A stretch of DNA of 64,000 bases from Vicugna vicugna (lineage: Eukaryota), in assembly GCA_013265495.1 (NCBI GenBank), contig MU061717.1:1984001-2048000 (forward strand). Direction: 5' to 3'. The position numbers and the translations under genes were made by a program. Below, piece after piece: positions 26,091 through 38,365 of this stretch. The notes below the pieces were generated by a model. It had not been told where the DNA came from and ran no database searches. It saw nothing but the letters and a program-made list of their open reading frames with translations. The number at the start of each line of letters is the position of its first letter. Within the stretch, counting starts at the first letter, position 1.

Positions 26091-28478
26091 TGCCATCTTT
26101 TTCTGATGCTAAGGTCTTTTCATTAATAGATGTTTTTTTCCCTGGGAGACTTATTGAGGCTAATGCTCCCCTCACCACCCCCGACAAGGGTTTTACCTGC
26201 CAAGTCAAAGACTGATTTCCAGCCACCTTCAGAAAAACACCGGGGCTTCACTTTGTTTTTCAGCCCAATCAGCACACATAACTTTTCCTTCTTCAGTTAT
26301 GTTAAATGTCACTTGCTTCTGACCCTAGAAAGAGTTTAGAATGACAAGTTAAGGTTCATAAGCACTTGTAATCTCAGGAGCCAGAGTAAGGAAAACTGGT
26401 TTCCACCATTTCCCCCAAACGGACCTGGCAGACGGCTGGTGCCCCACCTTCCCTCTTATTTCCCATCCCAATGTGTCCAAGATGCTCTCTGCATTTTTCC
26501 TTCTGTCCTCACTAAAGCCAAAGAACTTTCCCTTGTATTTCCTTTCAGCTTCTAAATTGCTCACTTGGCTTTTTATCTGAGCTCATATTAAATTGCTTCA
26601 TGATTTCATGCCTGGAGAGCCTTTGGCATAACCTGGCTCAGAGAGAAGTGTTTTTTTTTTGTGATTGGACCGCTTCGCTGCAGCGGCCTCTGCTTACATG
26701 TGAGTCGGGCATGCAGGTGAGGCTAGCACTCCGGGCCAGGGGAAAAGGAGAGACCACAGGCACCCAGGCTGACCGTTGGCAGCTGTGATTTACTCAGGAG
26801 AGATGTTACTTCTGTGACTTGCAAACAACCCCTGGGGGCCTCAGCTGCTTGTGATAAGGGCTGCAGAAAAGCGGGAAACTTCATTCCCTTTAGTACGTAA
26901 CTTTCCTACCTTACAGCAGGCTGAGTTTAATGCAGAGCCATGGAATTAGATGTATGTGACTGATGTCACGTCAGCAGCCACATCTTGAGTCATTACTCTT
27001 TTCAACAATTCTGTTTCAAGAGGATTAAGGGAACTGAGGAAATCCATGTGGGGAAAATTTTCTCAACTGTAAATGTGGGGTCTACTATGTATCCGTATCC
27101 TTCTCAATTCTTTAACATCCCATTTCATCCCATCTGAAATGGGATGAAAAGTTGCTCAAAAGTTCTCATGCAAAATCATAATAGCAGGAGATCTGATCCA
27201 CATGGAGATATATTAGGAAATGATCAGATAAGTTTCTGAAATCCTATTAAAATGCTCAACAGTTATATGAAACATACAAGTATTAAGTATTTAGAACTTT
27301 AATTGGCATGGCGGAATGGGATGTTCCTGTGATTTTTAATAAAAAAAATTCAGGGCACAAGGAGGAAAAAAAACCCTTAAACATCAAAAGGGAAAATGCC
27401 CTTTATCTACTCATGAAAACAGTTCCCTTGTTCACAAAGGACACGACAAGCCGTATTGTGCAGGGTCCAAGGTTCATGAGAAGCAGGGTTGTAAGTGGCA
27501 GGTAGTGGGAAAGTGATTTATGTTCCATGAAAAGCCATTCAGCGGTTGTAACACTCCCAGGACATCTGATGCTTAAGGGAGCTATTGTCTTAACATTGGC
27601 GGGACAAAGGCCTCAATTACCAGAGGGTGCTGGTTTGGGGTAGCGATATCCTGTCTCCTCTTCCAGTAAAGGCAGGAGCATGATTATCTAGGGTTCTTTA
27701 AAAAGAAAAAGCTTTTGTTCTTTCTCAGTTACAGTGGGAATTAAAATAGAACCTTAAAAATTAGGAACATAGTCAATTTTAGTGGCAGAATCTACTAAGC
27801 ACATTGGTGAAAGTTAAATCAGATGCCTCCTTATAAAACGTGTGAACAGTGTTCACTTTCATTTAAATTTGGGAAAACAAATGACTGGCTATTGAGGTTA
27901 GGCATGGGAAGCAGTAGTTAGTAATGGGATAAGAGGACTCAGGAGTGACATTAACTTAGATCACCTATATTTAGCTTCCACTTGTATTTCATTCTGTGTG
28001 GCTTTTTCATTAATCTAAATTAACTGTCAGAATTGCATTACTCAATATGTAGAGCAATGATCAAGAAGTGTTTGTATTTCATAGTAGACCATTATTTTTT
28101 CACATTTCTGTGACTTGGAAAATAATAATGGAATTTTACATAGAAAGATTTGTTTATTCTTGTTAAAGATTTTGTTTGGGGCAGAAACTTGGTATATTCT
28201 AAGAGAATGTGACAGAAATTATAGCGTTTGCTTCATCAAAAAGCACTTAAACTGTATACATCACTTAAGTTTCCAACCTTTCTTACTGGCTTTTTTGGTA
28301 ATTGGAAGTGGGAGCCTAAAAGGATGGCAGCGACAGCAGGAGAAAAACGTAAGTGAAATTGTTGCCCAGTCCTTCAGTATGGTGTGGGAACTCTCTTGCA
28401 TTTAATTTTGTCTTATCAAACGTTTTGGGGCATCAGAAGTACGTATTGGTCCCAGGCTTCAAGAAGCTTGTAGTTTAA

Positions 28479-28705
28479 CAGTTTTCTCCACCTTGACACC
28501 ACCGACACTTGGGCTCAGCGGATTCTTTGGAATGGGGGCTGTCCTGTGCATTGTAGGATGTTGAGCAGCATCCCTGGTCTCAACCTACCAGGTGCCAGTA
28601 GAATTCCCCCCACCCCCAGACTCCTGTTGGGACAACCAGAAATGTCTCGATTTAGTTAAATGTCCCTTGGAGAAGGAGCAGAATCATCCCGTTTCAGAAC
28701 CACTG
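28479..28705 (-). mobile_element. MER20 hAT-Charlie non-autonomous DNA transposon, near full length
   Basis: gggggctgtcctgtgcattgtaggatgttgagcagcatccctgg, gacaaccagaaatgtctc, and decayed TIR ends cagttttctcca / agaaccactg. Confidence 0.9.
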
Positions 28706-29369
28706 ATTCAACTCAGTGCATCTTGCTGTAGAAGCTCAGCAGCGTTGTATGCCATTCCAGGCTTCCAGTTACTTACGTTTATTCCTAGTTTGGGAAAAGC
28801 CTTTTGGAAATGCCCTAAAGTTAATTTCATTCTAGGCCAGAGGAAGATTGTTCACCGTGTGTAGGCGAGTGTGTATGCATAGGGGTGTTTTCTTCATCGT
28901 CATCACCATCATCACCAGTTTACAAAGAAAATGGAGCCCTGGAACCTGTGAGCCGAAGGAAGACCCAGACTGAGACCTCAAGAGCGAGCAGGCTGAGGAT
29001 TGTTTGCCATGAACTCCTGCTGTTCCCTGTAGTAACAGAACCTGCTCAGACCATGAGAGCTTTAGGGGTTAATACAGCTTTTGCAATCTTCAATTTAGAG
29101 GATAGAGAAGATTTTATAGATCAGTTCTGAAATGGAGTCTAAACAAAATGGATTGGCTTTGCCCCTTTTCACCCCAACCTGCCTTCTCCCTTTTTCTCCT
29201 CTTTCTTTCCTCTTGCCTCTGCTTGTTCAGGAATAGCTCTTTGGGCAAACTTGTTGCTTCTCCACACACTAATTTTGGTGAATTAGAAAGAGATGCCCTT
29301 CTCTCCAGATAATTCATTACAGTTATCTACCAGAAAAGTGCCATGATATCTGTACAAAATGGCAATGAC

Positions 29370-29432
29370 CCAGGGCACTTGGCACTTTGGGAGTTGTGCA
29401 GTGCACAACTTCTGCAGCAGTATGTGTTGGCC
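29370..29432 (-). mobile_element. Possible MER91-like hAT terminal fragment
   Basis: Palindromic agttgtgca-g-tgcacaact (29392-29410) resembles the gttgtgcactgcacaac motif near MER91 ends. Confidence 0.35.
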
Positions 29433-30199
29433 ATGTTTGGGCAATTTCATTCATTCCCATAACATTAGCTGTTACTTGGATGCTGCTGGTTTCTTCTAGT
29501 TCTGAACCAGACAAGACCTTTTCCTGGAACATCACACCGGTGTGTCCAGATGCCTTTTGGACATTTCCTCTCGTGACTACCTTCAATTATCCCAAACGTA
29601 ACGTCTGCAAAACTGGATTACTGTCATTTTTTCCCAGCCTGCTTTTCCTTAAATTTAGGCGTTGTCTTAAAAACTCTTTTTTCCTATATACAAAATAATC
29701 GTAAGTCCTCCCCATAGTGTTCCTAGATCTGTGATTTTCATTCTACCCCCACTTCCCCTCTTACCTTATTTCAGTTTTTGTCTCCTCTCACCTGGGGCCT
29801 GGGCCATTGCAGTCATCCCCTAAGGATCTCCTGTGGTGACACACCCCTTCACGTACATTTCAGCCAGAATGCTCTTACGAAATGCAAATCTGATCTTGTC
29901 CCTGGCAGAGCTCTCTGATTCCTTCTCTGTCCTGTTCCTGCCTCCTCTCCACAGTGACTTCTAAACTTACCCTCTTTCCCCAAATCTGGCATTTCCGATC
30001 TGCCTTTCCTGCAGGCTGGGTTCCAGGCACTGGAGACCCAACATGAAGAAAACAAAATCTTTGCCCTCTTGGGGCTTACTTTCCAGAGGGCTGAGCTATT
30101 TGCAGTTCCATGAATTCACCAAGCTGCCTAAGCCTTTGCTCCTCCCATCCCTTTGGAGCACCACCCCGAGAATCTTCTGGAACTTTAGGATCAGGATCA

Positions 30200-30368
30200 G
30201 CTCTGGCATCACGATCCCCAGTAGAGTTAGCACTCCTTCTCATGTCTCCTTTGCATCCTGTACTTCAAGATTTCCTCAAGAAGGGCCCAGCCGTACCAGG
30301 CTTTGCGCCTCTAGCACCTTCGGTCGTGCCTGGCTCATGGTAGTTGCTTAACACTTGTTTGCTGAAGG
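30200..30368 (+). mobile_element. L2 3' end
   Basis: cctctagcaccttcggtcgtgcctggctcatggtagttgcttaacacttgtttgctgaa. Confidence 0.6.
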
Positions 30369-31084
30369 AAAGGTACTCAAGTATGGCCACTTTTTTGGGT
30401 CATGTCCCTCAAATATATCCTATATTTTCTTCTTCTCTTTGCTCATGCCCTTTGTTCTGCTGAGAATCTCTACCCCTACACTCCACCCATCCCTTGTAAG
30501 TCACTCACTCCATATCCGTATGGTGAACCCTTGCTCATTCCTTTCCTCAGTTTCCTTTGAACAGAACTAACTGCTTTTTTCACTATTTCAGTAGCATTAA
30601 TGCTAGGAACTTGCCACTCACTAGGAGTTGTGAGGATGAAAAAGGCCTGATCCCGGTCCTCAATAAACCCACAGTCTAATAGGAGACAGCGTCTTGTTCA
30701 TGCCTTGTTCAGCGGATGGCTGTCCTCATGCAGCGATCCGGGGGCCCAGCCCCACCTCTGTGGCTCTGCTGACCTCGCTGGGCTCTACTTTGTGAAAGGG
30801 AAAAAGGAGCCTGGAGTAGGCATGCCGGCTTCTGAAGGCTTTGCCTCGGAAGTGGCACGTACTGCTGCTCGCTTTCCACTTGCAAAGACAAGTCACGAGG
30901 CCACCAGAATGGCAAGGGCAGTGGAGACCTGTGGTGTCCCTGGGTGCCCGGGAAGAAGGGATGGGGTTTTGGTAGACAGCTGGCAAACCCAGCTACATAC
31001 CCCATCATGCTGGTTGCAAGTTGTGTTATCATGAGTTGCCAGCATACTGATTCGTCCTCACTGTCTAGAGCATTTGCAGGATGG

Positions 31085-31530
31085 GCTCCCTCACCACATT
31101 TAAATCTCATCTGAAAGGTCTTCCAAGTGTAGGGCCACCCAATCTCGAAAAGCTTCCCAGCCCTTTAAACTGCTTTTTTTCTCTTTCGAGACCCTGTCAC
31201 TCACACTAGATTACATATGTATGTCAAATACAGTTTTATTATTATATAGAATTTATCATATTTATAATAGTTTTAAAATTTTTATTTATTTGAAGTGTTG
31301 ATTTGCAATGTTAGTTTCAGGTGTACGTATGCATGCAGATATATATATATATATAAGTGATTCAGTTATACATGCATATGTATGTTATATAATATATGGT
31401 TTTAATTTGTCTCCCCCATCTCACCTTTGACTCACCTTCTCTAAAATATATGTCCCTTCAGGGTACTAGGTTTAGTTTGGCTCACTTGCTGTATCTGCAG
31501 AGCCTAGAATAGTCCCTGGCCTTTCAAAGA
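31085..31530 (+). mobile_element. L2 3' region interrupted by an AT-rich L1 tail insertion
   Basis: ctccctcaccacatttaaatctcatctgaaaggtc before, and ttggctcacttgctgtatctgcagagcctagaatagtccctggc after, the insert at ~31210-31395. Confidence 0.55.
31270..31395 (-). mobile_element. Cetartiodactyl-type L1 extreme 3' tail with internal (TA)n
   Basis: tttatttatttgaagtgttgatttgcaatgttagtttcaggtgtac...gtgattcagttatacat; (TA)n at ~31339-31354. Confidence 0.75.
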
Positions 31531-31559
31531 TTATGAACTCCTTGAAGACAAGGATTTGT

Positions 31560-31655
31560 CATTCACATTTCAGCAAATATTTGGTGACAGTGCCTTGTGC
31601 TAGGCAGGCCTTGGAGACACATGCTGAACAAGGGGTTTAAGCCCCTGCCTTCCTA
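31560..31655 (-). mobile_element. L2 3' terminus
   Basis: cattcacatttcagcaaatatttggtgacagtgccttgtgctagg...ctgaacaag...cccctgccttcc. Confidence 0.65.
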
Positions 31656-32974
31656 TACCATGTAGTTTATTCAATATCTCTTTCGACTTTCTCATGTGCT
31701 TAGCATTCAAGAGTGTTTAAATATGTTTGTGGAGTGAAAAAATTCATTAGCATACCTGGAAAAAAAACTCCCTGTAGTAAATATCTTATTTAGTTTTAGG
31801 AAATAGTAATAATCTAAGTGAAATACTTTGTAGATCATGAGAAAAGCTTGGATAAAAATCCACTCTGCTCTAGCCTTTGAAAACGTCTGCTTCTAAGTCA
31901 CTCTCTTCATTGCTAATAATACCACCAGTGAGGGGGGGGGGCACTTGAATAAAGAGGCATTTGTCACCAAATGGTAAGTTAGCAGCATGTCTTGTTATCT
32001 GGATTGGAACACATAGTCATTAAGTGGCATTTGGACTAAATCTGATTAGAATTTAGAATCTACTTGGAGACAGAAAGATGTTTCTGCTTTTTTTCACCTC
32101 AAATGTTTTGGGTTATAAAAAGATTAAAAGTAATTTTTAAGGGAATGCCTGTCTTAGGATGGTTGTATAATGGTGGAAATTCTTCAGGGGAGTGACATCT
32201 CAGGAGAAGGAAATACAAAAACAGCTCAGTACAGTCAATTCATTTTTACTCTGAGGAAAAAATAAGTGAAACTGCTTGTTGGTTTTCTGCAAGCTGTAGC
32301 AGTTGGTTGACTCAAAATTTTACTTCCGACCAATTGTGAAAATTTAGCCTTCATTTAAGGAGTGCCTGAATGTTCATGTTCGTTAGATACAAGGGTTAAG
32401 GAATACAGCTGTGGCTTGTAAGTGGTTAAATTTCTGCAAATGCAGAAAAGCTTTGGAACCTGCTTATCATATTCTGAAGTATTTCCAGTTAATGGTTATT
32501 AAAGTAGTTCAAGCAAAATCAGTATCTAATGATAGTAAAAAAAAAAATAGTTAAAAAACTGCTTTAAAACAGTGTTCAAGAAAATAGTGTGTATATGATA
32601 ATTTAGCATATGTAAAGCTTTAACTCTTGTGAACTCCTACTCATCAATTTCTATATAATACCCTGTTTTAATTCAAATTGATAAATTCTTCCTTTCTGGA
32701 TAACAGCTGGAATAAATAAGAATAGACAGAAATTCTGTCCCCCTTCATTAAAGTTTAAAGTTATTCTCGATGGTTCCCAAATTTGAGAGACTGGGAAGGA
32801 AGATTGTAGCCCGTTGGGCATTTTATCTAAACAGTGACGCCCTTTTGCTGTAGAGAACATCGGAGGGACATGGTATTACCGTCTTTACTGATGCTGCTTG
32901 AATTCTAGAAGGACTATATCCATGTGAGTGCTGCTGCATTGTATTTGGGGAAGGGAACATGAATGCCAGAAAGA

Positions 32975-33110
32975 ATACAGGTTTGGGGCCAAGAGGCGTG
33001 GGTTAGAATTCCGGTCTGCCACTCCTAGAGGGAGTTACTTCTCGTGGCTGATTCTGTGTCATTAAAGTGGGGACATTTAGAGGACCTACCCCGTACCAGT
33101 AGGTTTGAAC
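32975..33110 (+). mobile_element. MIR SINE, diverged
   Basis: gggttagaattccggtctgccactcctag...ctgtgtcattaaagtggggac...ggacctacc. Confidence 0.55.
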
Positions 33111-33225
33111 AGGACAACAAACCGAGACCCCTAGCACAGGGTAGGCTGGAACTTTTGTCCCTGCTTATGTCCTGCTGCTAAAGAAAAGGAACGAAAGTTT
33201 TCCATTTGTATTTTAAAATGACAGT

Positions 33226-33472
33226 CCGGAAAATATCGTGATCCTCAGTTAGACCCTGGCCTGTCCAGTCAGATGCGCTTGCCCGCGTCGCTTGGAGAGC
33301 GCGGACGGGCGGTCAGAAACGGGGACGGCTAAAGTAGAAGCTAGAAAAGGCGGAAACTACATATCAGAACTCAAACCTGCCTCCTCTAGTGTTCAGATGA
33401 TAGAGGGGAAAAAACTTTAAAGGCACTTTGGAATATTCTACGTGTGTTAATCAAGAACCTCAAAAAGTGAGT
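33226..33472 (+). promoter_or_regulatory. Candidate alternative promoter / first exon
   Basis: 11 CpG in 33275-33353, ETS-like CCGGAA (33226-33231) and GGCGGAAA (33349-33356), consensus donor AA|GTGAGT at 33467-33472. Confidence 0.35.
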
Positions 33473-35289
33473 GGGCAGAGCAGATCTCTGAGGTCGCCCC
33501 ACTTTAAAATGCCCCGCGGGGACTGTGCGTGTTAGCTGGCAGTGGTGCGTAAACCCTCACTTCTCTGCAACTTCCAAAACTTTCTGCCTAATAATCTCAG
33601 TTCTACACTCAGTCTGGACTGACTGTGTCAGGAGATTGAGATCCCGAGGCATGGATTTTAATTGCTAGTTTCATTAAAAATTACTTTTTCAAGCCTTTTT
33701 TTTTTCCTTTGAGCTTTTTAGTTTTCTAGTCTTCACACTCCAGTAAAATTGGAAATGCTTTTAATGTTTCAATGGCTTTTTAAATATTATAGTGTTCTAC
33801 GAGCATGCAATTTGAGAGAAAACTTTTTTCTTTTAAGTTTATTATGCTCCATTCTCTGAGAAAAACATACCTTTTATTTTTATTAGCCTTTCCCCCCCCC
33901 CCAACTGCTAGGTTTTAAAACTGGTATTTGAGCAATAAAATAGCCCCAACTCCAAAAAGGATTCTAAGGCAGGTTCCTGTGTCCTATTCAGGGATTCAGC
34001 CAGCTGAAAAGTTTGGGTAAATAAAACCCTTCAGCCAAGTTCAATGGTAGACATCTTACAGTGTAATTACTGCGTTGTAATTGTGCTTAGAACTGCTAGG
34101 AAGGAAGGAAGATGATTCCTTTCAACATTTTTAAAATTAAATCTCATGTTTTGGAGTGCTATGCAAACCTCACGTCTCTAAACTTACTTGATTTTTTAAA
34201 AATAAAATCATTCTGTTTAGTGAAGAAATCAAGTAAAGAAGGATACATACATTTAAGTAGAAGAATGTTAAGTTTTCACCATGTGCCCCTGGTCATACCT
34301 CTTCAGTTGTTCTTATTAAGTCTTCAGAGGATCAGCTTAGAAGGGAACTACAGGCCCTGATTCTTGGTTGAGAAAGATTCTGTTCTATCTGCAGTGACTG
34401 ATCCACAGTTTCCAAAGAAAACTGCCCCGGAGTACAATAGCTCTTCCTTCCAAATTCAAGTCAGTAATCCCATCTGCAGGGTGCAAAGCAGTGAGAAGAT
34501 AGACTCTTTGTAAGATTCTCTTCCTCCCAGATGAAGGCACATGTTATACCCCCCACCCCAACTTTTTAATTGTAAGCTTAGACAGAAAAGTGAAAAAGTA
34601 AGATAGAAATCCATGTGCTTCAATAACTAAAAATAATCCCTAGCAGTGAACACTGTGGGCTGGGCAGTGCCAGGAAACTAAGAATCCCATGGGTCTTGGT
34701 TGCCTTGGGGAAGGGGGCTTGCCCTTGCCAGAGAAGGCTTTTACAGGAGCTGTGTTAGCACCATGTTAACACCATGTTGAGAGGTATGTTTCCCCAAATT
34801 GCACCATGACACCTAGTCCCTGGGGATGCCCCTCCCAGCCCATAAGTCTTCTGGTTGAAGATGTTTGGAAAATGATGCAAAGTATCATCCTCTTCACTGT
34901 GGCCATTTGAATTAGAGACCCTAAGATGTTCACCCACACAGGAACCTGTTTGACCTTGACTTTACTAAGCTTGCCAAGAGATTGTGGCACAGAATTTGCC
35001 CACCACACACCCACACCCCTGATTCTTCTCTACCAGGGTTGTGTGGAACTGGCAGCCCTGCAACAGCTTTGTACAGGAAGTCAGAAGATGCCACTGCTAC
35101 CTGAGAGGGGAGTCGATAAGAACAAGCTCTTCTTAGACTTCCTTTTGTTGGAATCTCTCTTGTTTTCATTCAGCGTAAAACGATCACCGTCTAAACAACA
35201 ATGAAAACAAATTTTAAAAGGGTTTAGAACTCTTAGCAACATATTTCTACCTTGTTTGTGTTCATAAGGGAACTGAAACATGAAACTCA

Positions 35290-36000
35290 TAGTTTTTAAA
35301 ATAAAGTTCAATTTTTAGAAGAGTTTCAGATTTACAAAAAGACTGCAAAGTTAGTACAGAGCCCCCTTCTACCCCTTACCCAGTTTCCTGTTATTAACAT
35401 CTTATGTCTCATTGTGGTATATTGATTACAGTTAATGAGCTGGTATCTATACATAAATATGTGTAGACACTAAAGTCCATGCTTTATTCAGATTCCCCTA
35501 GTTTTTACCTAATGTCCTTTTCTATTCCAAGATCTCATCCAAGACCCCACATTTTCACTTAATCATCGTGATTTCTTAGGCTCCTCTCGTCTGCGACAGT
35601 TTCTTAGACCTTTGTTTTTGATGACCTTGACAGTCTTGAGGATCTTCTCAAAACCATTCAGGTATTATGTAGTGTGCCTCTCCATGAGGGTTTGTCTGAT
35701 GTTTTTCTCATGATTCAGCTGAGGTCATGATTTTTTGGGGAAGACCACAGAGGTAAAGTGCTGTTGTCACACCACTACATAATAGTACTGTTATCAGCAT
35801 GACTTACCACCGCTGACGTTGGCCTTGGCACTTGGCTGATGGAGGGTCTGCCATGTTTCTCTGCTGTTACTCCTAACCCCCTCCCCTGCTATACTCACTG
35901 GAAGGAAGTCACTATATAAAGCCCACACTAGAGGAACAGGGAGTTACGGCTCCCCTCCCCTTGCGGACAGAGTATCTACATATATGATTTAAAATTCTTA
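35290..36000 (-). mobile_element. L1MC-class 3' UTR
   Basis: gtttcagatttacaaaaagactgcaaag, ctaaagtccatgctttattcagattccc, ggaagaccacagaggtaaagtgc, ggaaggaagtcactatataaagcccacact, cagagtatctacat. Confidence 0.85.
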
Positions 36001-37904
36001 AATACGTTTCTAAGTGTGTGACTTTAAAAACTACTTGGATAGGACGGTTACTGCTGTATTCATTATAGTTACCTGCTGACTTTTTCTGATAAACATGTTA
36101 TTCTAACTTAGAGAAAAGTCGGCTTCCCAAATTGAAGCCACCCAGCTTTGATCAGAGACTGTCGAATTTGTGTGCCTGCCAGTGTTTGTTCTTACTAGCT
36201 TGCCAGAACTTCCAGATGCTGCCCTTTTTTCTGTGTCAAGATTTAATCCTGTTTGTGCATTTTTTTCTGCTTCAGTTGCATTGGTGTCATTTTTGAAGAC
36301 CTCAGACCTGTTTGTGCCTTATGTCACTGTCAAGCGTGTACCCTATTTAGAAAAGTGCTATTATGACTAAACTTACTATGATGTCTTTATGTATTTTAAA
36401 GACACTACCATCAAAGACATCCTTTCATGTCTATTAGTTGCTTTGACTTTAGCCACCCCCAGTAAAAGTATGTAATTAAAGATTTTCTGTGTAATCAGCT
36501 TTCAGATTACTTCATATTTAACATTTGTGCACATAATAATACAGTGTGGTTGTAGGGATCGTTTTGCTTCTTAGTTCTTTCAAAATATTGGTATAATTTT
36601 TAACAAAGTTATTTTAGAATAGCCATTTCACTTACCTTTTGATAAGAATAAACTTGGTGAGAATTAGAAGTTTCTTCCCAGTATAGAAGTGTATATATAT
36701 TTTTCTTATGTTTATTTTATTATCTTTATATCAATATTAAAGATTAAAGAAAAGATCATTAATATTTTATAAATATAAAGATGAATATATACATATATTT
36801 ACTTATCTTTAGCAAAGGGTTATAGAAACTGGACTTTAGAAGACTTCCCTTAAGGCAGTGATTCATAGATGTTCTTCCAGCTCAGCAATTTTATTGCTAA
36901 ACATGGCTAATCACCTATCCCTATCCACAGAAGAAAAAAAAAAAGGGTTAATAGAAATAATTTTTTTAGTTGCAAGTTTTTCTCTTGCCAACTATTCTTA
37001 AGCCTTTGGCATCAGCTGCCACATACCTACTGAATATTAGCAGATATGAATGTAAGTTGCAAAAGATTATTAACGAAAAAACTCAACCAGCCAATGAGTT
37101 CAATAACTCTGTTATTTTGTTGAGCACACACGGTTTTAGGCTGTGGTTTTACATGGCATTCATATTCTGCCTCTTCTGCCAGAAAAAGTGTTCCTGATTC
37201 ATAAGAAGAAACAAAGTATTTCATATTTTTCCTCAATGGGCAGCATGACTGCCAGGTGCTTCATCATCTCAAAGTTTGAAGCTGGCTGCACTGAGGAATC
37301 GGAGGCGATTAGAGAGCCTCTGGGAGCTTCCTGAGACAGGAAGGCACGGGTCATCCTGAAGCTGTGTAATGATTGTCCGTATATCCTTCTGCAGGAAGGA
37401 TAGAATTGGCTTTCCCACCCACAAATTTGGCATGCAGTGTCTGTATCTCAGGCCAAGGGTGTGTGTAAGGATTATGAAGTCCCCAGTGGGTTGGGTTGTA
37501 GCTGGAGATACCAGTCCAGTGCTGGAGAGCCCTTCCCGGCAGCACTGTGTGTGTGTGCGTGTGCACGCAAGTGCCTGAAGTGATTTTCCAGTCTTTTTAC
37601 AGGAAGAAAAAAATGAATTAACAGGATTGTCTTTTTTCCTAATAACATCCTAATAATGTGGTAGATCTTTTTACTTTTAAAGGGTAGGTTAAACTTCTGA
37701 GTAGCTGTTAGTGTGTTGTTTTGTATTCAGCATTGTGATTCCAGTGCTGGTGGTGGTGAGTAAAGCACGGTATGTGGAAGCAGTCTGAGAACATGGTTTT
37801 TATTCTGCTTCATTTCAAACTAATTCTTAATTTTAACTACTTGTTTTTTTTTTCGTCTACCTTTTAGCATAATAACTGGGAAATTTTTTGATGCAAGGTA
37901 CCAT

Positions 37905-38365
37905 TTATTCGTTCAGGCAACTTGCTTTTGAACACTGATGTTCAAGGCCCTACGCTGGGGGAACACAAGTGGAAAAGATGTATTTGGTCTCCATTCTCAT
38001 GAAGCATACATTCTAGTAGGGGGAACGGCTGAAAAACGACTACAAATGCAATTAAAAGATAATTTTAGGACGTGGTAAGTGAGATGACGGGGGAAATAAA
38101 TAGGTGATGTAGTCAAGACTAGCAAGGGTGGGCAGAAAAGACTTGTCTGAGGAGATGTCATCCAAATGAGCCCCTGCATGATGGAATAACCACTCTCTAT
38201 AAAAGGAGAAGGCACAGGTTTACTAATCGCGAGGGCTGAGGTGGGAAATCGCGTGGTGTGGTCAAGGAGTAGAAAGTAGACCTGTATTGCTGGAGCGAAT
38301 GGTGGGAAGGGACGTTGGAGAAGACGTGGAGACCCTCGTGGGTTATGAAGTATGATGTGCGTACA
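37905..38365 (-). mobile_element. L2 3' region
   Basis: tcgttcaggcaac...ggtctccattctcatgaagcatacattctagtaggggg, then cttgtctgaggagatgtcat and gctggagcgaatgg. Confidence 0.8.
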
